Positions 1 through 9,753 are shown, counted from the first letter of the stretch. The stretch is 34,611 nt of DNA from Eubacteriales bacterium (GCA_045613265.1 JAZLAP010000145.1:1-34611), one strand, 5' to 3'. Made by a program: numbers and translations. The notes: generated from the sequence alone by a model not told the origin.

Positions 1-606
1 TGTCTGCTCTGTCACGGTCAGCTCCTCTGCAGTCGGTAGCTGCCAATATTCTCCCCCGATCTGCGGCATAGCGGCGGCATAGCTTTCGCGAAGATTCATA
101 AACACGCGCCGCAACATCGGCAGCGCCGCCTCGCGTGTCCGCAAAATCAGGCTACGCGTCGTCTCGTCCGCACGGATCGGAAAGCGCGTCACCGCAACGA
201 GGTCGCCCGTGTCAAAGCTCTCCGCGATCTTATGAAGCGCCGCCCCGTATTCAGAACAGCCGCGCAGGATCGCCACGGGAAACGGCCACGGTCCGCGCCC
301 CACGGGAAGCGGCGCGGGATGATAATTCAGCATCATCATATCGGGAACAACGGGAATACGGTATATATATCCCGCCGACAAGAGAAGCTCTGCCCCCGCC
401 CGACGAAACGCAAGAATATCCTCGCGCGTGATCCGCGTCTCCGAAAAAGGGATGCCGTTTTCTTCGGCAAATCCGCGCAATCGCTCGTTTGTTTCGCATG
501 GATCCTCCGAATGAAAGCTATACACAGCAACCACCTCATGCCCCGCCTCCATAAGTGCATCGAGACAGTAATCAAATTCGTCATAGCCAAGATAAATACA
601 CTTCAT
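1..606 (-). CDS. Formyltransferase (methionyl-tRNA formyltransferase-like N-terminal domain); 3' end runs off the window
   Basis: Not in the ORF track; translated by hand from ATG at 606 (RBS GGAG): MKCIYLGYDEFDYCLDALMEAGHEVVAVYS...LLLSAGYIYRIP...MLNYHPAPLPVGRGPWP...GAALHKIAESFDTGDLV. Has the N-x-H-P-x-x-LP-x-x-RG and D-T-G-D formyltransferase motifs. Open to position 1. Confidence 0.85.
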   Translation of the reverse strand, partial: MKCIYLGYDEFDYCLDALMEAGHEVVAVYSFHSEDPCETNERLRGFAEENGIPFSETRITREDILAFRRAGAELLLSAGYIYRIPVVPDMMMLNYHPAPLPVGRGPWPFPVAILRGCSEYGAALHKIAESFDTGDLVAVTRFPIRADETTRSLILRTREAALPMLRRVFMNLRESYAAAMPQIGGEYWQLPTAEELTVTEQT

Positions 607-620
607 TTTTTCTCCGTAAC

Positions 621-651
621 GAAAAGCCCTCTCGGTCAGAGAAGGCTTTTG
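621..651 (-). terminator. Probable intrinsic terminator after the aminotransferase
   Basis: Minus strand GCCTTCTC-tgacc-GAGAGGGC stem followed by TTTTCGTT. Confidence 0.55.
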
Positions 652-658
652 TTTTCTT

Positions 659-1834
659 TTATTTTTTCTTTTCGGCGCGCAAACGGGCAACAAAATGCTC
701 AATACGTTCTACCGCCGCCTTCAGCTCGGAAATCGAATAGGCGTAAGAAACACGCAAATGTCCCTCACCCGATGCACCAAACGCCGTTCCGGGAACGATC
801 GCAACCTTTTCCTCATTCAGAAGCCGCGTTGCAAATTCCTCGCTCGTCATGCCGAACTCGGAGATGTTCGGGAACATATAAAACGCACCGTACGGCTCAA
901 AGCACGGAATGCCCATACGCTCCCATGCTCGGAGCAAAAAGCGGCGACGCTCATTGTATGACTCGCGCATCATGGCAACGTCGGCATCACTGTGCAGCAT
1001 CGCCTCGATCGCCGCATATTGGCTGACGGTAGGTGCGCACATAATGGCAAACTGATGCACCTTTGTCATGGCGCCGAGAATGTCGGCAGGACCGACGGCA
1101 TAGCCAAGTCGCCAGCCGGTCATGGCAAACGCCTTCGAAAAGCCGTTGATCACAATCGTGCGATCGCGCATGCCGGGAAGCGAAGCAATACTGATATGCT
1201 TTCTTCCGTAAGTAAGATCGGCGTAGATCTCGTCCGAGATCACGAGAAGATCATGCTCGATACAGAGACGCGCAATCCCTTCAAGATCCTCCTTTTCCAT
1301 GATCGCACCCGTCGGGTTGTTCGGGAAGGAGATCACAAGAACGCGCGTTTTATCGGTGATAGCACGCGCAAGATCCTCGGCGCGGAGACGAAACTCATCC
1401 TTTGCCTTCAACGGAATGGTAACGGGAACGCCGCCCGCAAGCGCAATACACGGCTTGTAGCATACAAAGCATGGCTCGCAATAAATCGCCTCGTCGCCGG
1501 GATTCAGAATCGTGCGGAGCGCAACGTCGATCGCCTCGCTGCCTCCCACCGTGATCAGCACCTCGTGCAAAGCATCGTAGGAAATGCCGATCTGTCGCTC
1601 GGTATAAGAAGCGATCGCACGGCGAAGCTCGGGAAGCCCCGCGTTTGAAGTATAAAAGGTCTTGCCGCCTCTGAGAGCCGCAATGCCCTTCTCACGAATA
1701 TGCCATGGCGTGTCGAAATCGGGTTCGCCAACACCAAGCGAAATAACGTCGGGAATGTCGTGTGCAAGGTCAAAGAAGCGTCGAATACCCGACGGCTCCA
1801 TCTCGCTGACACAGCGGTTGATGCGCGGCTTCAC
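659..1834 (-). CDS. PLP-dependent aminotransferase class I/II (AlaT/YugH-like)
   Basis: SLGVGEPDFDTP, FPNNPTGA, SDEIY and the PLP-lysine motif GFSKAFAMTGWRLGY. GTG start overlaps the lrp stop (GTGA). Confidence 0.93.
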   Translation of the reverse strand: MKPRINRCVSEMEPSGIRRFFDLAHDIPDVISLGVGEPDFDTPWHIREKGIAALRGGKTFYTSNAGLPELRRAIASYTERQIGISYDALHEVLITVGGSEAIDVALRTILNPGDEAIYCEPCFVCYKPCIALAGGVPVTIPLKAKDEFRLRAEDLARAITDKTRVLVISFPNNPTGAIMEKEDLEGIARLCIEHDLLVISDEIYADLTYGRKHISIASLPGMRDRTIVINGFSKAFAMTGWRLGYAVGPADILGAMTKVHQFAIMCAPTVSQYAAIEAMLHSDADVAMMRESYNERRRFLLRAWERMGIPCFEPYGAFYMFPNISEFGMTSEEFATRLLNEEKVAIVPGTAFGASGEGHLRVSYAYSISELKAAVERIEHFVARLRAEKKK

Positions 1835-2325
1835 GCGGTCACCACCATTCTCCCGTCCTTCTTTTTAAAGGTCAGGCTGACTCCAAGCTCTTTATACTTT
1901 GTAAGAATAAAATGCGTGGTCGTGCTCTGCACCGCCTCGATCGATGCCAGCTTGTCGGAAATGAACAGAGAAATGTCGCGGATGCTGCTTCCCTTTACGG
2001 TAATGAGAAAATCGTAGGTGCCCGACATGAGGTAGAGCGTCTCCACCTGCGGATAGTCTCCGATCTCCTCGGCGATCTTGTTGTAGCCGTCGCCCCCCTG
2101 CGGCGTTACGCGCAATTCCACAAGAGCCGTCACGTCGCCCGACGATACCTTATCCCAATTTACGAGAGCCTGATAACCGCAGATCACGCTTTCCGCCTCA
2201 AGACGCGCGATCTCGGCGGCAACCGCCGCCTCATCCATGCCCATCGCCGCGGCAATATCCGCCGCCGTCAATCGGCAATCGCTTTCCAAAAGCCGTAAAA
2301 TTTTGTCTTTTTCCTGTACGGTCAT
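1831..2325 (-). CDS. Lrp/AsnC family transcriptional regulator (AlaR/YugG-like)
   Basis: N-terminal HTH (ILRLLESDCRLTAADIAAAMG), RAM domain with LYLMSGTYD and TTTHFIL; RBS AAGGAGG; coupled to the aminotransferase as in B. subtilis alaR-alaT. Confidence 0.92.
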   Translation of the reverse strand: MTVQEKDKILRLLESDCRLTAADIAAAMGMDEAAVAAEIARLEAESVICGYQALVNWDKVSSGDVTALVELRVTPQGGDGYNKIAEEIGDYPQVETLYLMSGTYDFLITVKGSSIRDISLFISDKLASIEAVQSTTTHFILTKYKELGVSLTFKKKDGRMVVTA

Positions 2326-2377
2326 AATAACCCTCCTTATTAACTTCGGGAACGCTTCCCCGAGTATATATTAATTT

Positions 2378-2406
2378 ATTGTAGCATACCTTCGCCCGAA
2401 TTGCAA
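2378..2406 (-). promoter_or_regulatory. sigmaA-type promoter of lrp-aminotransferase
   Basis: Minus strand TTGCAA-17 bp-TACAAT with TGn extension. Confidence 0.65.
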
Positions 2407-2586
2407 TATTTTTGCCGTATTTTTTGCAATTTTTTCTCGCTTCCGCATATTTTCACACCAAAACGCACCGCAATTCCTCTTTTTGTGATCAAACGTAAAG
2501 CAGGTCACTTTTTTGGGACACACGAATATAATAGATATCAGAACAGACAGCAAGAAAATGAATACGGAAAATAGGGGGGACATACC

Positions 2587-2742
2587 TTGAAAAGCAAAAT
2601 GCTTTGCTGCATTCTCGGCGTCGGTGCACTCGCCTTCGGACTCGGCGTGCTCCTGTCTTGCTTCATGCCGTCCGAGGTGTTAGTCGTCATTCTGGCAATT
2701 CTGATCGCCGCCGTCGGTGTCGCATATTTTATCAGAAAGTAA
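2587..2742 (+). CDS. Small 2-TM membrane protein (51 aa) upstream of spoVM-like gene
   Basis: Below ORF-track cutoff. RBS AGGGGGA, TTG start (alternative ATG at 2599): MKSKMLCCILGVGALAFGLGVLLSCFMPSEVLVVILAILIAAVGVAYFIRK*. Confidence 0.75.
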   Translation: MKSKMLCCILGVGALAFGLGVLLSCFMPSEVLVVILAILIAAVGVAYFIRK

Positions 2743-2754
2743 GAGGTCAGTCTC

Positions 2755-2838
2755 ATGAAATTCATTGTCATCCGTCCGCCGCGTTTTCTGTTGCCGCTTT
2801 TTCGTAAAATGAGCGGCAGCAACCAAAAGAAAAAGTAA
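2755..2838 (+). CDS. spoVM: Stage V sporulation protein M-like peptide (27 aa)
   Basis: RBS GAGGT; MKFIVIRPPRFLLPLFRKMSGSNQKKK* aligns with B. subtilis SpoVM (MKFYTIKLPKFLGGIVRAMLGSFRKD), including Pro9 and F11-L12. Confidence 0.8.
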   Translation: MKFIVIRPPRFLLPLFRKMSGSNQKKK

Positions 2839-2842
2839 AAAT

Positions 2843-2878
2843 AAAGCGATATGTAAAGCTTAATTTACATATCGCTTT
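2843..2878. terminator. Bidirectional terminator between spoVM and glgB
   Basis: Perfect 15-bp inverted repeat AAAGCGATATGTAAA / TTTACATATCGCTTT between convergent genes. Confidence 0.8.
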
Positions 2879-2881
2879 GTT

Positions 2882-4870
2882 TTATTGCTTTGTCGTGCGC
2901 ACCAGAATCAGTGCCGTACGCGTCGGCAAATAGACCTTCGTAAAAGTACCTCCCTCTTCACGCACAGCATAATGCACGCCACCGCGTGTCACCCGCCCGA
3001 AGCCTCCGAACACCTTCTCGTCGCTTGACAAAGCAACGGTGTATGTCCCCGAACGCAGCATGGGAACCACAAGGTCGGCATACGAGCGCGTCGGATGCAG
3101 ATTGTACAAAAACACCGCTCCCCCACGTGCATACGCGATAATCTTGCGCTCATTATCGATCATGAGACAAACGGCAGGCTTCGATCCGAGCTTTTTCTTT
3201 TTGGCAAATCCGATCATCGCCCGATCAAACATAAGCATTTCACGATAGCGAAGCGCCTCATCGTCAGCAAGATGCCATTGCCGCCGCGCATAAAAATGAC
3301 TCCATCCGTTCCCCTCGCGCGGAAAATCGATCCACTCGGGATGCCCGAACTCGTTGCCCATAAAATTGAGATACCCCTCTCCACCAAGCGAAAGCGAGAG
3401 AAGACGCATGATCTTGTGCAAAGCAATACCGCGATCGATCACCGCACTTTGACAGTCCTTGCGCATATCGGTGTACATCACGCTGTCGCAAAGACGAAAC
3501 ATCAAGGTCTTGTCCCCTACAAGTGCCTGGTCGTGTGACTCGGCATATCCGATATATTTTTCGTGCGGGCGGCGGCTCGACAGCTCATAATAAATATGGT
3601 GCATATCCCAATCCTCATCGCACACGTCGCGCAAAAGCCGTGTCCACATGTCGGGAATCCCCATTGCCAGCCGATAATCAAACCCGATTCCGCCGTCACC
3701 GATCGGAAGACACATCCCCGGCATCCCCGACATGTCCTCGGCAATCGTTACCGCATGCGGATTTACCTCATGTATCAGCTCGTTTGCCAGCTGCAGATAA
3801 GTCACCGCCTCAACCTCGGTATTCATCGAAAAGTATTTACTGTAATCGGTAAAGGCAGCACCCAGCCCATGATCGTGATAGATCATCGATGTCACCCCGT
3901 CAAAGCGAAAGCCGTCAAAATGAAATTCGCAAAGCCAATACTTTAAATTTGATAGAAGGAAATGAATGACCTCGTTTTTATTGTAATCAAAAAGCTTCGT
4001 CCCCCATGCAGGATGATTGCCGCGCGAGCCTGCGTGAAAAAACTGATAGGGCGTTCCGTCAAATTCGGCAATTCCCTCGGCAGTATTGGAAACCGCATGC
4101 GAATGTACTACGTCGAGAAGCACCGATAGCCCCATTCCATGCGCTTTATCGATCAGCAGCTTCAGTTCCTCGTTGCTTCCGTAACGCGAGGAAGCAGCAA
4201 AAAAATTCGAAACCTGATAGCCGAACGAGCCGTAGTACGGATGCTCCATGATAGCCATGATCTGCACCGTGTTGTAACCGTTCTCACAAATGCGCGGCAA
4301 TATATTTTCGCTGAATTCGCGATAGCTTCCCACCCCCTCCCGCTCCTGCGCCATCCCAATATGACATTCGTATATATATATATCCTTTTGCCGACGCGGA
4401 GATTTGTACTTCCATTCATATGGCAAAGCATCTGTTATAATACCGCAAAATTCACGCGTGACGGGATCTTGCTCCACACGGCGAATGTATAGCGGAATAC
4501 GGTAAAACAGCGCATCTCCCCGCCGCACGACCGCCTTCACGTGACAGCCGTGATACAGACTGCCCTCGCCCGCAAGAAATAACTCAAAAACTCCGTTTTC
4601 CAGCCGACGCATCGGAAGACTCGTCATATCCCAGCCATTCATATCCCCCGCAAGATACATAGCATCCGCCCCCGGCGCCCACTCTCTGTAATACCACCCG
4701 CCGTCCACCTTGTGAAAGCCGAAGTATTCATATCCGCTTGCAAATTCCGTAAGAGACGACACACCCCGTAAAAGCTCTCGCTTCTTCTTTTCATATCGCT
4801 CCATCCGAAGCTCTATGTCTGCCTTATACGGCAAAAGATACTCGTCATGCTCCAGTATCTTGTATTCCAT
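2882..4870 (-). CDS. glgB: 1,4-alpha-glucan branching enzyme (GH13, eukaryote/Bacteroides-like GH13_8 type)
   Basis: YREWAPGA, IYECHIGMAQE, IMEHPYYGSFGYQV, GFRFDGVTSM, IAEDMSG, YAESHDQALVGDKT, FMGNEFGHPEWIDFPREGN. Confidence 0.95.
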   Translation of the reverse strand: MEYKILEHDEYLLPYKADIELRMERYEKKKRELLRGVSSLTEFASGYEYFGFHKVDGGWYYREWAPGADAMYLAGDMNGWDMTSLPMRRLENGVFELFLAGEGSLYHGCHVKAVVRRGDALFYRIPLYIRRVEQDPVTREFCGIITDALPYEWKYKSPRRQKDIYIYECHIGMAQEREGVGSYREFSENILPRICENGYNTVQIMAIMEHPYYGSFGYQVSNFFAASSRYGSNEELKLLIDKAHGMGLSVLLDVVHSHAVSNTAEGIAEFDGTPYQFFHAGSRGNHPAWGTKLFDYNKNEVIHFLLSNLKYWLCEFHFDGFRFDGVTSMIYHDHGLGAAFTDYSKYFSMNTEVEAVTYLQLANELIHEVNPHAVTIAEDMSGMPGMCLPIGDGGIGFDYRLAMGIPDMWTRLLRDVCDEDWDMHHIYYELSSRRPHEKYIGYAESHDQALVGDKTLMFRLCDSVMYTDMRKDCQSAVIDRGIALHKIMRLLSLSLGGEGYLNFMGNEFGHPEWIDFPREGNGWSHFYARRQWHLADDEALRYREMLMFDRAMIGFAKKKKLGSKPAVCLMIDNERKIIAYARGGAVFLYNLHPTRSYADLVVPMLRSGTYTVALSSDEKVFGGFGRVTRGGVHYAVREEGGTFTKVYLPTRTALILVRTTKQ

Positions 4871-4933
4871 ACCTTTTTCCGATTCCTTTTCTCAGATTTT
4901 CTACCGCTTTTATATTTTCCATTTCATACCAAT

Positions 4934-4962
4934 ATTATACAGGATTATCCCCTTCCTGTCAA
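4934..4962 (-). promoter_or_regulatory. Consensus sigmaA promoter of glgB
   Basis: Minus strand TTGACA-17 bp-TATAAT. Confidence 0.8.
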
Positions 4963-5053
4963 GACGAAAATTTTCCGAACCGCATCAACACGACTCGGAT
5001 TGAAAACGCTCAAATTTTTGATGCAAAATTTTTGTAATTTTTTCAAAAAACAC

Positions 5054-5082
5054 TTGAATTTGTTATATTTTTATCATATAAT
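5054..5082 (+). promoter_or_regulatory. sigmaA promoter of the decarboxylase operon
   Basis: TTGAAT-17 bp-TATAAT. Confidence 0.7.
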
Positions 5083-5184
5083 ATATACTGACGGAATTTG
5101 TGCGATGAGCAAGTTTTCTGCAATGTTATCCTGCCCATCGCCTCTTTATAATAATCCGATCGCAAAACAAAAAGGAGGAAAACC

Positions 5185-5484
5185 ATGTTTCTTGCAGCCA
5201 TTTCCGAAAAAACACCCGACTGGCTCGTCGTCGTTCTCGGCATCGGCATCGTATTTGCAGGACTCGTCTGCATTATTGCGATCTGTTCGCTGATGAATAT
5301 GATTTTCGACAAAATGTCGAAAAAGAATGCGGACAAGCCGGTTCCCGTTCCCGCGGCTCCGACAGCGCCTGCTGTCATCCCGAATCGACAGGAGCTGATC
5401 GCGGCGATCACCGCCGCCATCGCCGAGGAGGAAGGCACCGATCTTTCGGCGATCCGCATCCTCTCGTTCAAAAAAATCTCGTAA
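5185..5484 (+). CDS. oadG: Na+-translocating decarboxylase gamma/delta subunit (OadG/MmdD family)
   Basis: Single N-terminal TM ([17 protein letters not shown]), Pro/Ala linker, [11 protein letters not shown] motif; RBS AGGAGG. Confidence 0.85.
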   Translation: MFLAAISEKTPDWLVVVLGIGIVFAGLVCIIAICSLMNMIFDKMSKKNADKPVPVPAAPTAPAVIPNRQELIAAITAAIAEEEGTDLSAIRILSFKKIS

Positions 5485-5518
5485 CCATTGCAATAAAAAG
5501 AAAGGCTTAGGTATCACC

Positions 5519-5875
5519 ATGAAAAAGTATAATGTAAACGTAAACGGCAATCTCTATGAGATCACTCTCGAGGTCGTTGAGGCCTCCGAGGTCAAAAATG
5601 CACCCGCAGCCCCTGCTGCTGCACCCGCTCCCGCAGCTCCTGCCGCAGCCGCACCCGCAGGTGGACAGAAGGTTGAGGCACCCATGCCCGGTACGATCCT
5701 CGATGTTAAGGTATCCGCCGGCGCAAGCGTCAAAAAGGGCGATGTTCTCTTCATCCTCGAAGCAATGAAAATGGAAAACGAGATCATGGCACCCTGTGAC
5801 GGGCAGATTTCGGCTGTCAACGTACAAAAGAATTCCTCCGTACAAAGCGGCGACCTTCTCTGCGTCATTGCATAA
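5519..5875 (+). CDS. Biotin carboxyl carrier subunit of the Na+-pumping decarboxylase (MmdC/GcdC-like)
   Basis: [11 protein letters not shown]-terminus, Ala/Pro linker, APMPG and the EAMKMENEI biotinylation motif. Confidence 0.93.
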   Translation: MKKYNVNVNGNLYEITLEVVEASEVKNAPAAPAAAPAPAAPAAAAPAGGQKVEAPMPGTILDVKVSAGASVKKGDVLFILEAMKMENEIMAPCDGQISAVNVQKNSSVQSGDLLCVIA

Positions 5876-5890
5876 GGGAGGGATCTTCCC

Positions 5891-7279
5891 ATGTCACAAT
5901 TCCTTGACGGAATCAACAGTTTTCTGACGCAAACGGGATTCTTCCTGTTCGGCGAGGGGCAAAACTGGAAATGCATCGTCATGCTGGTGATTGCATTTGC
6001 GCTTTCCTACCTTGCCATTGTGAAGAAATTCGAGCCGATGCTGCTTCTCCCCATCGCCTTCGGTATGCTTCTCACCAATCTCCCCGGCGCTGAAATGTTC
6101 CACGAGGAGCTTTTTGCAAACGGTCATATCAACTGGCAGCTCTTCGGCGGTGCCACGATCTCGGACGGAACCATCTATACCGTTCTCGGTGACCTTCTTT
6201 CAAAAATTGAAGGCATGCCCGAATTGATCGCAGTAGCTGAAGCTGCGCATGTCCCGGTTGAAAGCTTCATCGCAGGCATTCAGAACACCGATGCACTTGC
6301 GCTGATCGAAAACAGTGCCGCGCTCCAGAAGCTGATCGCCAATATGGGCAACTCGATCACCCCCGGCATCGTGGACTATCTCTATCTCGGCGTCAAGTTC
6401 GGTCTTTACCCCTGCATCATCTTTATCGGTGTCGGCGCAATGACCGATTTTGGTCCCCTGATCGCCAATCCGAAATCGCTCCTGCTCGGTGCCGCCGCGC
6501 AGGCAGGAATCTTTGCAACCTTCGCCGCCGCACGCCTTTTCGGCTTCACAGGCGCAGAGGCTGCCTCGATCGGTATCATCGGCGGTGCCGACGGTCCGAC
6601 CGCGATTTTCACAACCTCGATTCTCGCGCCGCACCTTCTCGGCCCGATCGCCGTTGCCGCATACTCGTATATGGCACTTGTTCCGGTCATTCAGCCCCCG
6701 ATCATGCGTGCGCTCACCACGAAAAAGGAGCGCGCCATCGTGATGACCGAGCTTCGTCCGGTCTCCAAAACGCAGAAGATCCTTTTCCCCTTCATCGTTA
6801 CGGCATTCGTTGCACTTCTCGTTCCCTCGGCAGCACCGCTTGTCGGCTGTCTCATGCTCGGCAATCTTTTCCGTGAAACCGGCGTTGTGGAGCGTCTCTC
6901 AAAGACGGTGCAGAACGAGCTGATCAACATCGTCACGATCTTCCTCGGCGTTTCGGTCGGCGCAACGGCTACCGCCGCCACCTTCCTCTCCTGGAACACG
7001 ATCACAATTATCGGAATGGGCATCGTTGCCTTTGGTGTTGCTACGGCTACCGGCGTGCTCTTCACGAAATTTTTAAACCTCTTCTTAAAGAACAAACTCA
7101 ATCCTCTGATCGGCTCTGCCGGCGTTTCTGCCGTCCCGATGGCGGCACGTGTCTCGCAGGTTGAAGGTCAGAAGGAAAACCCCGGCAACTTCCTGCTCAT
7201 GCACGCCATGGGTCCGAATGTTGCGGGCGTTATCGGCTCAGCCATTGCCGCAGGCGTACTGATCGGCATCTTTGGTTGA
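5891..7279 (+). CDS. oadB: Na+-translocating decarboxylase beta subunit
   Basis: [70 protein letters not shown]. Confidence 0.95.
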   Translation: MSQFLDGINSFLTQTGFFLFGEGQNWKCIVMLVIAFALSYLAIVKKFEPMLLLPIAFGMLLTNLPGAEMFHEELFANGHINWQLFGGATISDGTIYTVLGDLLSKIEGMPELIAVAEAAHVPVESFIAGIQNTDALALIENSAALQKLIANMGNSITPGIVDYLYLGVKFGLYPCIIFIGVGAMTDFGPLIANPKSLLLGAAAQAGIFATFAAARLFGFTGAEAASIGIIGGADGPTAIFTTSILAPHLLGPIAVAAYSYMALVPVIQPPIMRALTTKKERAIVMTELRPVSKTQKILFPFIVTAFVALLVPSAAPLVGCLMLGNLFRETGVVERLSKTVQNELINIVTIFLGVSVGATATAATFLSWNTITIIGMGIVAFGVATATGVLFTKFLNLFLKNKLNPLIGSAGVSAVPMAARVSQVEGQKENPGNFLLMHAMGPNVAGVIGSAIAAGVLIGIFG

Positions 7280-7293
7280 TATAGGAGGACACA

Positions 7294-8724
7294 ATGGAAC
7301 AAAATAATCTTTTCACAACTAACAAAAAGCTGTTTATCACCGACACCATTCTCCGTGATGCACACCAGTCGCAGGCGGCTACACGCATGACACTCGAGGA
7401 TATGCTTCCCGGATGCAAAACGCTGAACGAGATCGGCTACTGGTCGCTCGAATGCTGGGGCGGTGCTACCTTCGACTCCTGCATGCGATTCCTTGACGAG
7501 GATCCTTGGGAGCGCCTCCGTGCTCTGCGCCGTGCGATCCCCGACACGAAGCTCCAGATGCTTCTGCGCGGTCAGAACATCCTTGGCTACAAGCATTACG
7601 CAGACGATGTTGTCGAAGAATTTGTCAAAAAGTCTATCGAAAACGGCATCGACGTTATCCGCGTATTCGATGCTTTGAACGACACCCGTAACATGGAAGC
7701 CGCTATGCGCGCGATCAAAAAGTATAAGGGCATCTGCGAGGCGACCATCTCCTACACCACCTCTCCCGTCCACAACGAGGAATACTTCGTTGCACTGGCA
7801 AAGAAGCTTGAGGGCATGGGTGCCGACACGATCTGCATCAAGGACATGGCAAACCTCCTTCTCCCGAAGGAAGCCTACAGCCTCGTCCGTAAGCTGAAGG
7901 AAAACATCGACTGCCCCATCCATCTGCACACCCACAACACCTCGGGCACCGGCGACATGGTCAACCTCATGGCTGCTATGGCAGGTGTCGATATCGTGGA
8001 CTGCGCACTCTCGCCGATGGCAAACGGTACGGCACAGCCGGCTACCGAATCGCTCGTCGCCGCCCTTGCAGGAACGCCGCGCGATACAGGGCTCGATCTT
8101 TCCAAGATGAGCGATGCCGCATCTCACTTCCGCAAGGTTGCTCAGCGCTTGAAAGCGGCAGGCTCTCTGGATCCCAAAGTGCTGAATGTAGATACAAACA
8201 CGCTTCTCTATCAGGTTCCCGGCGGCATGCTCTCGAACCTTTTATCTCAGCTGAAGCAGGCAGGTGCCGAGGATAAGCTTTATGACGTGCTTGCCGAGAT
8301 CCCGCGCGTCCGTAAAGATTTCGGGTATCCGCCGCTCGTTACGCCGACCTCCCAGATTGTCGGTACACAGGCTGTGCTGAATGTCCTGCAGGGACAGCGC
8401 TACAAGATGGTGACGAAGGAATCGAAGGGTCTCCTTCGCGGAGAATACGGCCAGCTTCCCGGTGAAATCAACGAGGAAGTACGGAAAGCCGCGATCGGCG
8501 ATGCCGAGCTTGTCACCTGCCGCCCTGCCGATATGATCGGTCCCGAGCTTCCCAAATACAGAGAGGAAGCAAAGGATCTGGCAAAATCCGATGAGGATGT
8601 CCTCTCGTATGCTCTCTTCCCCGCCGTTGCGCAGAAATTCCTTGAAAAGCGCAATGCACCGAAGGTAGAGGCGCCCGCTGAGGATGCCGTCCGCACGATC
8701 TACGTGCAGGATCTCTCGGTATAA
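7294..8724 (+). CDS. oadA: Oxaloacetate decarboxylase alpha / pyruvate carboxyltransferase subunit (no fused biotin domain)
   Basis: LRDAHQS, LECWGGATFD, MLLRGQN, IKDMA, LHTHNT, QVPGGMLSNL, GYPPLVTPTSQIVG. Confidence 0.9.
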   Translation: MEQNNLFTTNKKLFITDTILRDAHQSQAATRMTLEDMLPGCKTLNEIGYWSLECWGGATFDSCMRFLDEDPWERLRALRRAIPDTKLQMLLRGQNILGYKHYADDVVEEFVKKSIENGIDVIRVFDALNDTRNMEAAMRAIKKYKGICEATISYTTSPVHNEEYFVALAKKLEGMGADTICIKDMANLLLPKEAYSLVRKLKENIDCPIHLHTHNTSGTGDMVNLMAAMAGVDIVDCALSPMANGTAQPATESLVAALAGTPRDTGLDLSKMSDAASHFRKVAQRLKAAGSLDPKVLNVDTNTLLYQVPGGMLSNLLSQLKQAGAEDKLYDVLAEIPRVRKDFGYPPLVTPTSQIVGTQAVLNVLQGQRYKMVTKESKGLLRGEYGQLPGEINEEVRKAAIGDAELVTCRPADMIGPELPKYREEAKDLAKSDEDVLSYALFPAVAQKFLEKRNAPKVEAPAEDAVRTIYVQDLSV

Positions 8725-8759
8725 ATCTTATTTAATAAACAAAGGTGCTAACGCATTTA

Positions 8760-8809
8760 GCAAAAACGAAAGCCAAGGGAATTTTAAATCCCTTGGCTTT
8801 CGTTTTTGC
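8760..8809. terminator. Bidirectional terminator between oadA and araC
   Basis: Inverted repeat GCAAAAACGAAAGCCAAGGGA / TCCCTTGGCTTTCGTTTTTGC. Confidence 0.85.
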
Positions 8810-8827
8810 CAAATAGAGTAAAGAGCG

Positions 8828-9646
8828 TTATGTAGGATCGGAAAGTGTGCGGCGATATTCTGTTGGGGATACGCCAAAGCGTTTGCGAAATACACGGCTG
8901 AAATACAGACCGTCCGAAAAACCCACGACAGATGCGATTTCTTTCACGGGATGATCGGTGAAACGGAGCATCTTTGCCGCATTTCGCATTCTTGTATTGT
9001 GAATTGCTTCTTTGGGGAGCGTGCCGGTTTCTTTCTTGAAAAGAATAGAAAAATAATTGGGGTGCAGATGTAGGGCATTGGCGATAGACAGGACGTTGCA
9101 TCCGGGAGAGGCATAATCCTTTTCAATGATAGAGAGCGCTTGCCGCACGTAAGGGCTTTTGTTTTCGCGTTTATCAGCGGAAAGCAAAGAAAACAGCTTG
9201 TGTAAAAGCGATATGCAGTAGATGCGCGTGGAGAGGGAGGGGCGGTCAAAAAGCTCATACATTTCATCAAAAAGCACCTCCACCTCGCGCCCGTTTTGGA
9301 GCGGCATAAAGGGCTGCTCGCGCGTGATACCGACGAGGGCAAGATAACGCTCGATAAGCTCGCCGTTTGCCGAGATCCATTTTATGCTCCACGGGTGTGC
9401 ATCGGTCGATCGATAGATGTAGTTACTGTGCGGAAAGTTAACGAAGAAGCCCTCTCCCGAAAGCAGGATACGGGAATTTCCTACGGTAAGCTCTGCCTCG
9501 CCTTTTTTTATGTAGTAAATAAGATAGTCGTCACGCATGTGCGGTCCATAGCGATGTCCGATATTTTCAAGACGCCTGCCGCAGTAGGAAAGCACAAGGT
9601 CGCTGTCAAGTCCTTCAAAGCTTTTTTCTTCAAAGTTGTTCGCCAT
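8828..9646 (-). CDS. AraC family transcriptional regulator (MsmR/MelR-like cupin sensor domain)
   Basis: N-terminal CG...HRYGPHMRDDYLIYYIKKG; C-terminal VKEIASVVGFSDGLYFSRVFRKRFGVSPTEYR; RBS GAGGTG. Confidence 0.93.
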   Translation of the reverse strand: MANNFEEKSFEGLDSDLVLSYCGRRLENIGHRYGPHMRDDYLIYYIKKGEAELTVGNSRILLSGEGFFVNFPHSNYIYRSTDAHPWSIKWISANGELIERYLALVGITREQPFMPLQNGREVEVLFDEMYELFDRPSLSTRIYCISLLHKLFSLLSADKRENKSPYVRQALSIIEKDYASPGCNVLSIANALHLHPNYFSILFKKETGTLPKEAIHNTRMRNAAKMLRFTDHPVKEIASVVGFSDGLYFSRVFRKRFGVSPTEYRRTLSDPT

Positions 9647-9753
9647 TTTGCATCACCTCGTTGTTATTATAACACAAGAAAGAGAAAAAGTCCATATAAA
9701 ACTCGTGTTTTTCTATAGAAAAAAGAGAAAAAATGATGTACAATGGTCTTGTT

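Noticed and set aside
232-1026. 264-aa plus-strand ORF and other short ORFs in 135-740
   Set aside because: They overlap the minus-strand formyltransferase and aminotransferase, which carry clear family motifs.
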